Assembly (NCBI RefSeq): GCF_964355755.1
Contig: NC_092674.1
Location: 14,446,001-14,510,000 of the forward strand
Direction of reading: 5' to 3'
DNA length: 64,000 nt
From: Antedon mediterranea
Lineage: Eukaryota > Animalia > Echinodermata
Made by a program: the position numbers and the translations under genes. Position 1 is the first letter of the stretch, and every line of letters begins with the position of its first letter. Of this stretch, positions 38,701 to 52,700 are shown one piece after another. Under the pieces are notes generated by a model that saw only the letters and a list, made by a program, of their open reading frames with translations, had not been told where the DNA came from and ran no database searches.

Positions 38701-41700
38701 GGAATAATTTGGTGAAAAACATACTCCTTGGTAATATATATCGCCCACCTAAAGATCTAAATGAAAATTACAATAGGTTTATACAGGAGGTGGTCCCTGA
38801 ACTTACACGTTTAGACAAACTCAATCAAGAGATTATTATAACTGGAGACACAAACATTAATCTACTTAAAATAAATGAAAAAGAATGTTTTAGTAACTTT
38901 TTTGATACATTGACAAGTTTCAGTTATTTCCCTTATATCACATTGCCAACTAGATTTTCAAACCGAAGTGGAACTCTGATCGATAACTTTTTCTGCAGAT
39001 TAAATAAATCATCAAATAGTGCTAATTCTGGTATTATGATTAAGAAATTCAGTGACCATCAACCTTATTTTCTATGTCTTGATATACTAAATACATATCT
39101 TAAAAAAGCAAATCCTGTTCACAAATTCAAATTTTTTAATGAAATAGAAAACTCTGACATACTTTTAAAATTAGATCATGACCCTGCTACAAACCCCAAC
39201 AGAAATTATAATATCATGAATAATCTTATAACGACTGCTAAAAATAAATGTATGCCTTATAAAATTGTAAAATTTAATTAACATAAACACAAAAAATAAA
39301 ACTGGATTACTAGTGGAATAATCAAATCTATCAAGTTTAGGGATAAATTACACCTAAAATTAAAAAGAACACCAATAACATCAAAAGAGCATGATACATT
39401 AAAAATAAATCTTAAAACATATAACAACATTCTTAAATGTAATATTAGGACAGCTAAAAAAATGTATTATGAATCATACTTTTCCAAATGTAAAGATGAC
39501 GTTCGTAAAACATGGTCAACCATAAATGATGTTCTAAATAAAACAAAAAATTGTAGACAGTTTCCTGAATTATTTAAAGATGATGATCGATCAATAACAA
39601 ATCAATTAGAAATAGCAAATCAATTTAATTTATATTTCACAAATATTGGCCCAAACCTTGCAAATAAAATCAATACTGACAGCTGTAACAAATCTTTTGA
39701 ACATTTTCTTTCAAATAAAACAAATAACTTTAATTTTGAAAATGTAAATGAAGATACAGTTTTGGAAATTATAGATAAATTAAAATCAAAGTCAAGTTGT
39801 GGTTGGGATGGTTTATCAACAAAATTAATTAAATCAATTAAATCAATTATAATCAAACCACTCACAATAATTATAAATCAAATGATAAACACAGGTATTT
39901 TTCCTGATAAACTAAAAATAGCAAGAGTTATACCTTTGTTTAAAAATGGTGATAACTCCTGTTTTACAAATTATCGTCCAATTTCGTTGCTCCCTGCAAT
40001 ATCCAAAATTTTTGAAAAAGTAATTTACAACCAATTATATTTGCACTTTCAAATAAATAAATTATTTTATAGCAGCCAATATGGTTTTCGGTCAGGCCAT
40101 TCTACGGAATTAGCTGCACTTGAGCTTGTAGATAAAGTTATTCAAGACATGGACAATTATGAAATACCAATTAACATATATTTGGACCTATCAAAAGCAT
40201 TTGATACATTGGATCACAAAATAATGTTGCATAAATTGAATCATTATGGCCTTCATTCGAATTCACTTAATCTTATGAAGGATTATTTAACGAATCGTAA
40301 ACAATATGTGGACATTAATGGAACTCAATCTGATATTTTACAGATAACTACAGGTGTTCCACAAGGATCAATACTGGGTCCGCTTTTGTTTATCATATAC
40401 ATAAACGATATCGCAAACGTTAGCACTATTTTTAAAACTATAATATATGCAGACGATACAACACTTTTAAGCACCCTCAGGACATGTAATCCAATTAACA
40501 ACATTCTCAACATTGAACTTGATAAAGTTAGTGAATGGCTTAAATTAAACAAATTATCGTTAAATGTATTGAAGTCGAAGTATATGATATTTCATATGAG
40601 TAAACGTCGTGTTGATACGTTGGATATAGAAATTGACAATGTTAAGATTCAGCGGGTTCATAATTTCAACTTCCTTGGTATAATAATTAATGAACCTCTA
40701 AATTGGAATAGCCATGGTGATTATATTTCAAATAAGATTTCCAAAACTATTGGCATTTTAAATAAACTCAAGCGCTTTATCCCAGCAAATGTTATGAATA
40801 TTTTATATAACTCTTTAGTTGTTTCACACATAAATTATGGTATACTGCTTTGGGGTTATGTTTGTAAAAGAGTAACAATATTGCAGAAAAAAGCCTTACG
40901 TATTATTACTCAAAGTAAATACAATGCCCATTCAGAACCTCTTTTTAAAAAATTCAGATTTCTAAATGTATGTGATATTCATAAACTATGCCAATTAAAA
41001 TTTTACTATAAATATTCAAATAATATGTTACCTGATTATTTTCAAAGGTTTTCTTTAGAACTAAATTCAGCTTTACATTCGTATAACACACGTATTAAAG
41101 ACAACTTTCATGTTGTGAGGGTCAATCATGAGTTTGCAAAGAAATGTATTAGGTATAGCCTACCTTTATTAATTAACAATACTGTAAATTTGATTACTGA
41201 AAAGGTAAATACACATTCTTTGAAAGGTTTTTCTACATATTTAAAAAATAATTTTATTTCAGAATATGATGATGTATGTTATATCCAAAATTGTTATATA
41301 TGTAATAGAGATGGGTTGTAGCTGTTCTGATATGATTTTGTTAATGTTATGATTTGTTAATTTTTTAATTATATTATATACATGAGAATTATATATTATT
41401 TAAAATGTTCGGGTGGCTTCCATGCATGCGGCTTTTGGCCTTAATGGAAGTCTCCCTGGTCCTTTTGTATATTTTTTGCTTTGTATTTTTTTTTCTTTTG
41501 GACGAAATAAACTGATTTGTGACTTGTGACTTGTGTGACTTGTGAGCAGAATATGAAAAGCTGGAAAGGAGAAGAGAGAAAATTCACTCTTCCCTGCTGT
41601 TATGCAGCAAATAGCAAAATATATTTACAATTACTAACTTTCATAAGAAGTAAATGTTGGCGCAACATGTTTCCATATGCCTTCTTGCTCTCGATCTGTA

Positions 41701-44700
41701 TATCCAATCCATGTGCTATCAAGACTAAAGTCCTGCAGAATCTTAAAGATGAAGTTATTTTCATCCTCTGATTCAATGAGTACAACAAAGCCTTCTAGGT
41801 CTATACAGGCTTGTTCTCCTTGGCTGAACGTTCTAGCTCCATCTCGAAGTATGTAATAACAACTATGTTGCCATAATTCCCAACCTATTGGACAACCCTC
41901 TGTGAAACAATTATAGGTATAAATCAATATTTGAAAAGCTTTAACAAATAAATCAACTTTATAATACAAGTGACCCTGTCAGTAAAGCCTTATAAATAAC
42001 ACATAATATTTGTTTGTAAACTTCCAAAGAACCGTGTGTACAACCAAAATCATGCAGGAAAACGTATTCTTCTAGTTCGGTCTATACTGTCAAATATTTT
42101 AAGTGTGTCATTAATGATTAGCCTACATCAAATGATCGAACTTCTTACCACAATTTGTTTCATCACTTCTATCGGAACAGTCATATCTCCCATCACAGAC
42201 TTGGGATGCAGGAACGTTCAAGCCATCTGGGCAAATTACTGTCATCAAATAAGACAAACATTTATACTGAATGTAGACGTACGTGCATTTTTGTTGTATT
42301 GAATGGAAATGAAACCTAGATATTGTGTGAACTTATTAACATAATTTTTAAAAGTGTAACTTTGTTTTCTAATTCCTGCCACGTGGCATTTGTGGCCGTC
42401 TAGTAGTTCATTTAGGCCTATTGGTTCTACTTAACAGGCAAGCTCATTAGAAAATTAGATGATGTCGTGTCACGCAAAAAGCCTAAAAATAATACGACAT
42501 AAAACAAGTAACATATATTCTTTCCATTCGATTTATAAAAAAATGAATTATTCTGTATACCATTGCCAAGCAACCGTTTATCACATTCGAAGCAGTGGCT
42601 TATATCATCACGTAGGCCTACTGTTATTTTAATTTATTCATTCATTAAATCCATTGTCATCTCATAAATATAATATTTAAAATTAATGTTTAAGTGTACA
42701 GTACTTGAATTACACTGTAATATTGATCGATATTCCTGCTTAAATTACAATAATATAAATTTACTTTCTCAATCAATCCATTTATTATCTTCAACAATAA
42801 TATTTTATATTTTAACTTTGCATTCGTGAAAATAATTCAATTCATTACAAATACATTATTAATGAAACATCCATGCCATGACCAATCAAACGGCTTGTTA
42901 CATGGATGTAATAAATTACCATTCCATTCTACATGAACATTCTAGAATAAGAGTGTGTTTAGATTTAAGAAACCATGTATAATAATTAATATAAGAACAA
43001 TCAGGAACATTCCCGAAGTATACTATTAATATAAACTGTAATCCAATAGAGTAAGAAATATAATGAATGATCTAGTAGGTTATGAACATTGTATATAAGG
43101 GGAAGTATGACAATTGTAAGGAGGGAGAAGGATTTTTTGATTGAAGCATTTATTTTGAAGAAGGTTGGATATTAGATTGTAAAAGTTATTGTGAAGCTGT
43201 TGTTTTAAAGTGTTTACTGGATTGTTGAAAGTTGAAGTTGATTGAAATTAAAGCCTTGTTTTTGAGTTATTTTACAACTTTGTGGATTTTGTGTGTATAC
43301 TTTTAATGTCACAAGGGAGTTCCTAAACTATTCTCAACCGCTCGGAAACAAACTTAAAAGGAGTTCGTGACAATGAAACATTGTTTTCTTCCAAGATTTC
43401 AAAAGGGTTCTTTGACAATAGCATTCAAATGACTATAAATTACCACATCCATCTTCGTCTTCATTGGTTCCACAGTCATCAATAAGATCACATACTTTGA
43501 CAGCCTCTATACATTTACCTATACTGCATTCAAAGTTTCCTTCGCCACAGTCTTAAAAAAATAAATTCCATTTATTTACTGATGCCCACCAATGATGGAA
43601 GAAAACTGTATTCCAAAAATAAAGGATGAGACGATGTGCATGAATACGTTCAACAATAGTAAGAATCGCGTCAACATATTTAAATATATTATATTAATAG
43701 TACACCAGACACACTTACAACAGAAAAGCTCATCTTTTCCATTATCACATGAGTTGAATCCATCACAAACCCATCTCTCTGGAATGCAAATCCCGGTTCC
43801 ACAATTGTCTAGGTTTCCACAATCTGTTGAATATAAGCATTATGAGTCATTTATTTTCAACAAAAACAACAGAGGTACACTTTTGCTTGTAATTTACATT
43901 TTTTCAAACTAATTTATTATTTAAAATCAACCTTTATTATTATTAACTTAAATTATTTTAAGCATATTTAGTGAATTTCTATTTACGTCACTGTTTTTCT
44001 GTATTAATTTAAGATACCGTAGTTTAAGAGGGAGGCCGCCTAATTAGCCAATATCCCTAACGGCTATGTGACTGTCTGGCTTCTCCGGGAGACGTGTCTC
44101 CAAATTGTCATAAAATAAAAAATATAAAAATAATAATAATTGTAATGCTCAATAAACAGAAAAAAAACAAAATCCCCCAAAAGACCCTGACCTAGATTTG
44201 ATCATATTTTGGGTCGATCGAACTTGGTGGGCAACATAGTAATGTTTTGGCCCATAAGATACAAGATACAAGAACACTTTATTCATCCCAACTTGGGAAA
44301 CTGTGTTGCTGTCTAATAACAATGCCGTATTTAAAAGAGAAATGATAGGCCTAATACATAAGTGATAATAATAATAATCATAATAATAACAAAAAGTGTA
44401 TCGTAATAAATTCCCCTATCTTTGATACCTTTCATAATAGCGTAATGGGCTTCAATTCAAGTGGAACTTGATTCAAATACCGTCTTATCTACACACATTG
44501 TATTGTAGACTTGCCCCAAGTCTGTATTGTTTTATTTGTTTTTATTTCGACCGCGATTTTTGTCTGAAAATACCAAACTCAAGTAATACACGTATGAAAC
44601 GCCATATGTGCAAAAATATTTATATTTTTACTAATATTAAGAAAAAACTCCGTCTGGAGCCCAGACTAATTGTATTGGTGAATATCGCAGTTGAAAATAA

Positions 44701-46724
44701 AAGAAAACGTATTATCTTACTACAGCCAATCTCATCACTAGCATCTCCGCAATTATCGTAGTGATTACAAAGAAGATTGTCCGGGATACAACGTCCATTT
44801 TCACATTCAAACGAGTTTTCAGTACAATCTGTAAAAATGAAAATTAGTAAAATTATCTTTATTAAACAAAAGAGATTCATATTATAATCACATATTACTC
44901 GAGATGAGGATGGGTAATTTTTGTAATTTAGTTAGAAAGTACTTGAAGAATTATGAATTTGAACTTACTACAGAAGGCAGTTACATTAGAAGACAATGTA
45001 CAATTCTGTTCAGCATCGCAAGGTCCGGGCGAGTAACTGCATACGTCTCCAGTGTAATTACCATGTTCTACATAAATGATGATAATATTATTAGGTCTAT
45101 TTTTATATCTTATTCATTATCGTTTATTATTATCTTAATTCATAGTTTCAAAATAATTTTTGAAATAATGTAAATGATTGTATTCTGGTAATAAAATGTT
45201 CACGGAGCTTTTTCCGCCATTTAGAAACAAGTCTACTTTTAACACATGATGACCAATGGGCAGCATTATATTAAGAGATCTTACCATAACCGAATAGTGT
45301 AACCTCACAGAGTGTCAAATATTCACGTATTCCTACTAGTTGAATTGTAACGAATCTGCCATGCATAAACCACGCGCAATCAACACGTAACTCATACCCT
45401 ACACTTGTCATTGAGTCATCTATGACTGTTCCACACCGTGGATTGACACCTGGTTTTCGACTCATGCCTATGCCTACTTCTGCACCAATTAATCTATGTT
45501 CTGTTTTAAAGTAATTGTAATAATGTAGCAAACAAAAAAGCATCTTATATTTATCAATTCATATTTTGAATAATATGTTGAGTATAAACCTAAGTTTCCA
45601 CATCATTAATACATTGCTGTTAAAAGTGTATCATTTGTTTTCAAGAGTATTATTTTTCACGCCTTGTGGATTTAGGTTGTGTGAATTTCAGAGAAGAATT
45701 GTGCATGTTGACGGCGAAAATGTTATATATTATTATATTATATTATTGCCTGTAGCAAGTGAGTCCATTGCATACCAAGCAAAATGCGTGATCAGTGTAC
45801 ATTGCAGTTTCGTTTTTTAATGTGTTCCTTCGTCTGCTGTCATGAAACGGAAGTTGATAATTCCTATTATTATTTGTGTTGTCCTATAATATACATAATT
45901 AACTGACACCATTTATAATTATTACAATGCAATACAGATATTTACCAAATTTATATCTATTGACGATATCAACGTATCTTATGTCGTAAGTCTTTCTCAG
46001 ATCTAACATCCACCAAGGCTCGTATTCCATTCCTACAATAACACTGACAGGTTACGGTAACAACCATGATACATTTCGAAGTTTACTTTGAGACGTAAGG
46101 TGCTTATTATTATTAACTTAACTTATTTCCACAAATAGAAACACAATGCAAAGCAAAAGAAAGCGCACTATTTGGTATTTCTGAAAATAATACAAAAACA
46201 AGAGATGTTTATAATCTCCAATCAATCCAAAGGCAATATATATGTACTGATGAAGGGCTGGTGTTGCCCGAAAGCTCTGCTAACTTTTCTGGCTGTTTTA
46301 CTTCTCGCTTTGATTTAGCTTTTCGCTTTTATTTTGTATCTCCATTGAGATCCAGCCACTGATACCCACAGCATTGTCATTTTTTCAGTAAGTTGCCTTT
46401 AGATTTATATATAAGTGAATTTGAATAACGTCATTGTATAAGAGCTGGCAAGTGCTGCCTGGGTGGAAAGGAATAAAAGAAATACAATAAAGGAGGCAGG
46501 GTTGAGTCTGAATAAGAGTAGAAAACAAAGAAGGTAGCTTGGTAGAGAGATATAAACAATTTTGGAATAAAACTAAAAAACAGCTTAAATGGTGGTTAAT
46601 ATTGAAACTTAAATTTTGGTAGTCAATGGAATAATTTTACCGATCTGGGAGTATGTTTCTAATGTTAAGTCCAAAAGGTTTTGTGGTATATATATTGCCT
46701 TTGGATATCAGTGGCTGGATCTCA

Positions 46725-46755
<31 letters not shown>

Positions 46756-49700
46756 TTGCACTGATGAAGGGCTAGTGTTGCCCGAAAGCTCTGCTAACTT
46801 TTCTGGCTGTTTTACTTCTCGTTTTGATTTAGCTTTTCGCTTTTATTTTGTATCTCCATTGAGATCCAGCCACTGATTTTGGATTTATATATATATATAT
46901 ATATATAAACACATGAGGCAAAGAACATTAATTCTAAACCGCCCGGTGATATACTGAAATTTTATTAATTAATTTGAAACGACGTTCATCCCGCATCGCT
47001 CGTCGCGCGGTTAACCAAGGAGCGCGTTCTACCGCTGTCCTGGATTCTCCAGAGGAGTCCGAAAAGTCAGCTAGAGATCCAAAAACAAAAACAAAAATGA
47101 ACTTGCTGAAATGCAAAAACTTCATCATTATCTCAACCTTTAATGTTCGTACCTTGAACACCATCAATCAGATACCTGAACTTATCGCAAACTCGATAAA
47201 TTGGAAAATTGACGTTGTGTGTATTCAAGAACATCGCATATTTCACGAAGCCAATGAATTAGAATACAAAGATGCTGGCAAAGGTTGGACCCTCATCACA
47301 AGCTCTGCTACGAAAAATGACATAAACGCTACCATAGGAGGCGTCGGCTTACTCCTAAGCCCCAGAGCAATTAAATCCCTTAACAAAATCGAGAAAATCA
47401 ACTCCAGAATTATTATTGCAAACTTCAACGGTAACCCAGAAACCACAATTATCTCTTGCTACAGTCCTACAAACGTAGCAGATGAAGATTTGGTCACTCA
47501 ATTCTACATCGAACTATCCTCGTTAGTTAGAGATGTTCCAAAACACAATCTTTTATTGATTGGAGGAGATTTCAACGCTCAAATTGGTATGGAAAATAAC
47601 AAAACTTTTTCCTTTCATGATCAGACAAACCGAAACGGTGAACTTTTTCGGGAGTTTGCTGTTGAAAACCGGCTGCTGGTTCTGAATACCAAGTTTCAAA
47701 AGAGAATGGGCAAACTTTGGACCTTCCAATATGCAAACGGTAGAAAAGCTCAACTTGACTACCTTCTTATAAATCACAAATGGAAAAACAGCTGCTTAAA
47801 CTGCGAAGCATATAACAGTTTTGCCAGTGTGATATCAGATCATCGCATCGTTTCCAGCCGTATAAGACTGAGTCTTCGAGCAAACAACAAAAAACTTGAT
47901 AATCCTCCGCCATATTATTGGAAGTCCTTAATACACGATGGTAATACCCTCGTGCGGTTCACCATTGAAATTAGAAATCGATTTGATGCTCTCCAAGATG
48001 AAAGTGTGATCGACAATCCAGATACCACCTATGAAAACTTTGTGAAAGCACACTGGGAAGCCGCTTCCAACTGTATTCCCTTGAAACCTAAAAAACGCAA
48101 AAGAGTATCCTGGGAAACGCAGGCTATTCAAGACCAACGAGAGAGGATCAAACGATCAGCAACTCGTAAAAATGCTAACCCTACACCCCAAAACATCTCA
48201 AAATTCAACAGAGAGAAGTTAAAGTTGACGAGGCTCTATCAAATCGAACTGGAAACCTATCTGCAAACTAAGATTGACTCGATTAAGCAATATTCGGTGA
48301 ATAAGCAATCAATGGCCTGGGATACGATTAATGAAATCTCAGGTAGAAAGCGCATCAGTCAAGCAAAGCTGAAAGCCACCAGTCAAAATGATCGTCTAAA
48401 TCAATGGAAAAACCACTTCAAGAACCTTCTTGGCAACATTCCCAATATAACCAATGTGGAAACCATTGAGCTATTTCCAGCACAGACTGAATCTAACATC
48501 AAAATCGGTCCTTTTAACGACGAAGAGTTAAACAAAGCACTCACAAAAATGAAAAATGAAAAATCCCCAGGACTTGATGGGATTCCTCCAGAAGTGTGGA
48601 AAACGAAACATTTTAACAACGTACTCTTGAAGTGTTGCAATGAGGTCTATGAACAAAGACCTATTCACTACTGGACAAGAGGCTGCATACTACCATTTCC
48701 AAAAAAAGGAGATCTTGGAAAGGCCGAAAACTACAGAGGAATAACTCTCACCCCCATTGCTGCCAAGATCTACAATCTTATGCTCTTGAATAGAATACAA
48801 CCATGGATCGAGACAATACTTCGTAAAAACCAAAATGGTTTTAGACAGGGACGCTCAGCAAGCAGCCAGATTCTCACAATTAGGAGAATACTTGAGAGAG
48901 TGCGTGACAAAAATCTTCCTGCAGTCCTCCTCTTTGTAGATTTCGCAAAAGCCTTCGATTCTGTCCATCGTGAAAAGATGCGTGAAATTCTTCTCGTCTA
49001 CAAAATTCCACTTGAGATTGTCAATGCCATAATGATGCTGTACAAAAACTCAAGTGCCCTGGTTCGTTCTCCAGATGGTGATACTGATCCGTTTCAGGTA
49101 AAAGCAGGCGTCCTTCAAAGAGATACTCTCGCTCCCTACATCTTCATCATATGTCTTGATTATGTTCTCCGCTCGGCTATTGATCCACTCAACAAACACG
49201 GCTTAACATTGAAGCCAAGAATCAGCAAGAGGTTCCCTGCGACTTTGGTAACTGACGCTGATTATGCTGACGATATAGCCCTGTTGTCGAACACGATTGC
49301 TGGAGCAAAAACCCGCCTACACGCCTTTGAAAATGCTGCATCCTCAATCGACCTCCACATAAATGCCAAAAAGACAGAAAGTATGAACGTAAACTGTCAA
49401 GGTCAAATTCAAACTAGCTCCGGATACGCTCTCAATCAAGTCGACCAGTTCACCTATCTTGGCAGCAACATTGCCTCAACAGCAAAAGACGTTGATATAC
49501 GTATCAGCAAAGCCTGGTCAGCTCTCAAACGCCTGACTGTCATATGGAAGTCCAACATCTCAAACAACATGAAGAAAAATTTCTTTAAGACCACAGTCGA
49601 GTCTGTCCTTCTCTACGGGTCATCGACATGGACCCTAACTAAGAAACTTGAAAACACTCTAAACGGAACATATACTAGGATGCTACGAGCCGTTCTTAAC

Positions 49701-52700
49701 GTTTCGTGGCAAGAGCACCTCTCCAACGCTCAGCTATATGGGAATCTTCGCAAGATCACCGATGTTATCAAAGAAAGAAGAGTCCGCTTTGTTGGACACT
49801 CTTTCCGCAACAAAAGTGAACTGATAAGCGAACTTATGCTCTGGATGCCATCACATGGGACAAGAAGACCAGGCAGGCCCCCAAAATCATTCATTGACCA
49901 ACTAGTTGCGGACTCCGGCCATACAATTGAAGAGCTACCAGGAGCAATGATGAACAGAGACGGCTGGAAAGAAGTAGTCAAAAGGATCCGAGCAAGCTCG
50001 ACGCAGTAGTAGTAGTAGTAGTAATTTGAAACGATAAAGATAAGAAAATCTGTGAGAATGAGAAAAAGTCGCCCCAACCGAGACTCAAACTCGGACCGCC
50101 TGCTTGATATGCAGATTTCCTAACCATTTTTCTCATTCTCACAGATTTTCTCATCTTTATCGTTTCAAATTAATTAATTAAATTTCAGTATATCACCGGG
50201 CGGTTTAGAATCAATGTTCTTAGCCTGATGTGTTTATATATATAAAAGTATCTCTTCGGTGATCCCGCCTCGTGAATAAAAATACTGGAAGATTAGGGCG
50301 TATCAATTTGATCTCTGGTGCGCGTGCGTACAACTGAGGACTTGTGCTGTTCCGCCGTACCACGCCGAAAATGTTAAAGGGTCGCTATCCAATCGAGTTT
50401 GAACAATACCATGAAAGCCCCAGTGGTCTAATGGTTAGGACATCTGCATACCAAGCAGGCGGTCCGAGTTCGAGTCTCGGTTGGGGCGATTTCCTCATCG
50501 TTTCAAATTAATTAATTAAATTTCAGTATATCACCGGGTGGTTTATATATGTGTTATATATATAAACACATTAATTCGAAACCGCCCGGTGATATACTGA
50601 AATTTAATTAATTAATTTGAAACGATAAAGATGAGGAAATCTGTGAGAATGAGAAAAAGTTGCCCCAACCGAGACTCGAACTCGGACCGCCTGCTTGATA
50701 TGCAGATGTCCTAACCATCAGACCACTGGGGCTTTCATGGTATTGTTCAAACTCGATTGGATAGCGACTCTTTAACATTCTCGGCGTGGTACGGCGGAAC
50801 AGCACTAGTCCTCAGTTGTACGCACGCGCACCAGAGATCAAATTGATACGCCCTCATCTTTCAGTATTTTTATTCAGTTATACTATATATATATGTATAT
50901 ATATAATCAATAGAAAATGGTATTTTGATGTTTATTTAATTAAACATTATCGTTTATTATCGGGTTTTTTTTCTTCGACCAACCAAAAATAAACGTCTCT
51001 TAGAAACAAAGCAAAAGTGATTTTTAAAAAGCGACAGTTCGTATTATCCATCGCTAGTGACCAGTCGAATGGCCAAATTACGTGTTGCGTCCCTCCATGC
51101 GTTGCGTCTTATTGGGAACCAATCTTGACGGCTAACTAGTGTACAGTACTTACGGGAATGAGTGCAAGTACGAACATGTGGTTCGGAATTCCCATCAATT
51201 GCCAATTCTGCTACGTATGCTTTGTTGCCCTGGTCGATGTATGTACTGCTTTGTTTAGTAACAACATCGTTAGTAATATTCAGTTTATCTGCACAAAACA
51301 ATGTAACAGTAGTTTTAGTTATGAATTAACAAAGATACCCAGAACATATTGAGAGCTTATGTTCAATGAATATTTTCCATATTTGACTGATAATCAGTGC
51401 GGTATGATGATGATTATATTATTAAGTTCATTTAGTTATCTGCATGGCATCTTTTCAAATTCTGCACAGCAATTTTACCTCCCGTCACGCTTCATTGCTT
51501 TTCTTATATTTGATATTGATATTCTTCTTTCAAACACCAATAACATGAATAACACACACACGAATTATTTCTGAAAAAGGAGTGTTATTGAGGATATAAT
51601 ATTTATAATTAAGAAAAGATATTTCCCGATCAATATTATTGCTATTGAAAATATTCATGAAATTATTGCATTTCGGTCCACAATTTATTACCATTCTTTA
51701 TTTTTTATTTGATTCATAACCAAAAGGTTCAGTTTTAAAAAATCGATTTTATGCATTTTCCAAAAAATATTGGTAAATGTAATTTAAACAATGACATTTG
51801 TCTTCTCATTGTCGTCGTACATTATCGTTTTTCTCTAATAAAGTTGTGTTAGTTTATTAGTTTTTCTGTAAGAAAATATTTTACTGATTGCAATCAATAA
51901 TTTTAAAAAAAGATTTATAAATATAGATGAGTTATTATTATAATGTTAGTATAATACTTAATGTTAGATATAAGTGTGTATAAAATGAAATTTGTGTGAA
52001 CATATAATACGTATGAGTTCGTTTGTTGTATTTCATATACAGTTTTATTTACTTAAATTATTAAATAAATCGTAAAAATTCGTGTTGAATGTTTGTTTAA
52101 GTACCAGTGCATGTATTTTGCGTATGCTATAGGGCGTTTCTGTATACGTACAATCAGGGAAGAGTGTAATTTAACTCTTCCCTGGTACAATATAACTACA
52201 TATCAGGGCAAATATTCTCTAGATCGGAATGCGTTACCGTGACAAATTAGGTTTATCCGCCTTAATGCACACACATAATGTACCCTTTAAGGTACCATCT
52301 AGGTCGTGCCCACAGATGGTTCTCGAATACACAGTAATTTCAGCGTCACAAAACTGGCGATTTCAAATGTACGTACCGCAGGACTATAATACATTGTCGT
52401 TTACAGAAACGAATAAATAGACACTAAAATTAGCACCCTGGGAATTACTTCCGAAGGAGAAACTTATCACAAAATGAGTCCAAATTTTTGATTTGGACTC
52501 ATTTAAAGAAACCCAATTTGTGTTTTGTATGGGTTTTTTTATATTAGGGTGGAGGAATGGGAAAACGGATAGGTACAAAGAGGAACAATTTTTAAACATA
52601 TTCTTTATCCACTCAGTAACGAAATATTGTTTTCGTGTTTTATAGGCCTATAAATAATATACCTCTAAATACAGTAAAACATTTGCGATTTAATACTTTG

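Larger units (their letters stand above)
46222..46886 (+). mobile_element. Penelope-like element remnant: two direct pLTR-like repeats plus inverted ends, embedded in (TA)n
   Basis: Direct repeats 46247-46362 and 46761-46876; inverted pieces at about 46222-46240 and 46690-46726; each direct repeat starts with a hammerhead core. Confidence 0.65.
46900..50880. mobile_element. Cluster of a (TA)n-associated non-autonomous element with an internal tRNA-like module, in inverted partial copies; hosts the RTE insertion
   Basis: 46900-46982 + 50022-50126 inverted against 50127-50220; 50270-50543 inverted against 50578-50876. Confidence 0.7.

Noticed and set aside
50330-50380. Hammerhead from CUGAGGA...GAAA in the tRNA-module element
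   Set aside because: No convincing stem II closing the core, and GAAA is GAGA in the other copy.
50417-50732. Functional tRNA-Gly/Asp genes
   Set aside because: Anticodon differs between near-identical copies, loop starts with non-canonical A, and both are embedded in a repeated element.
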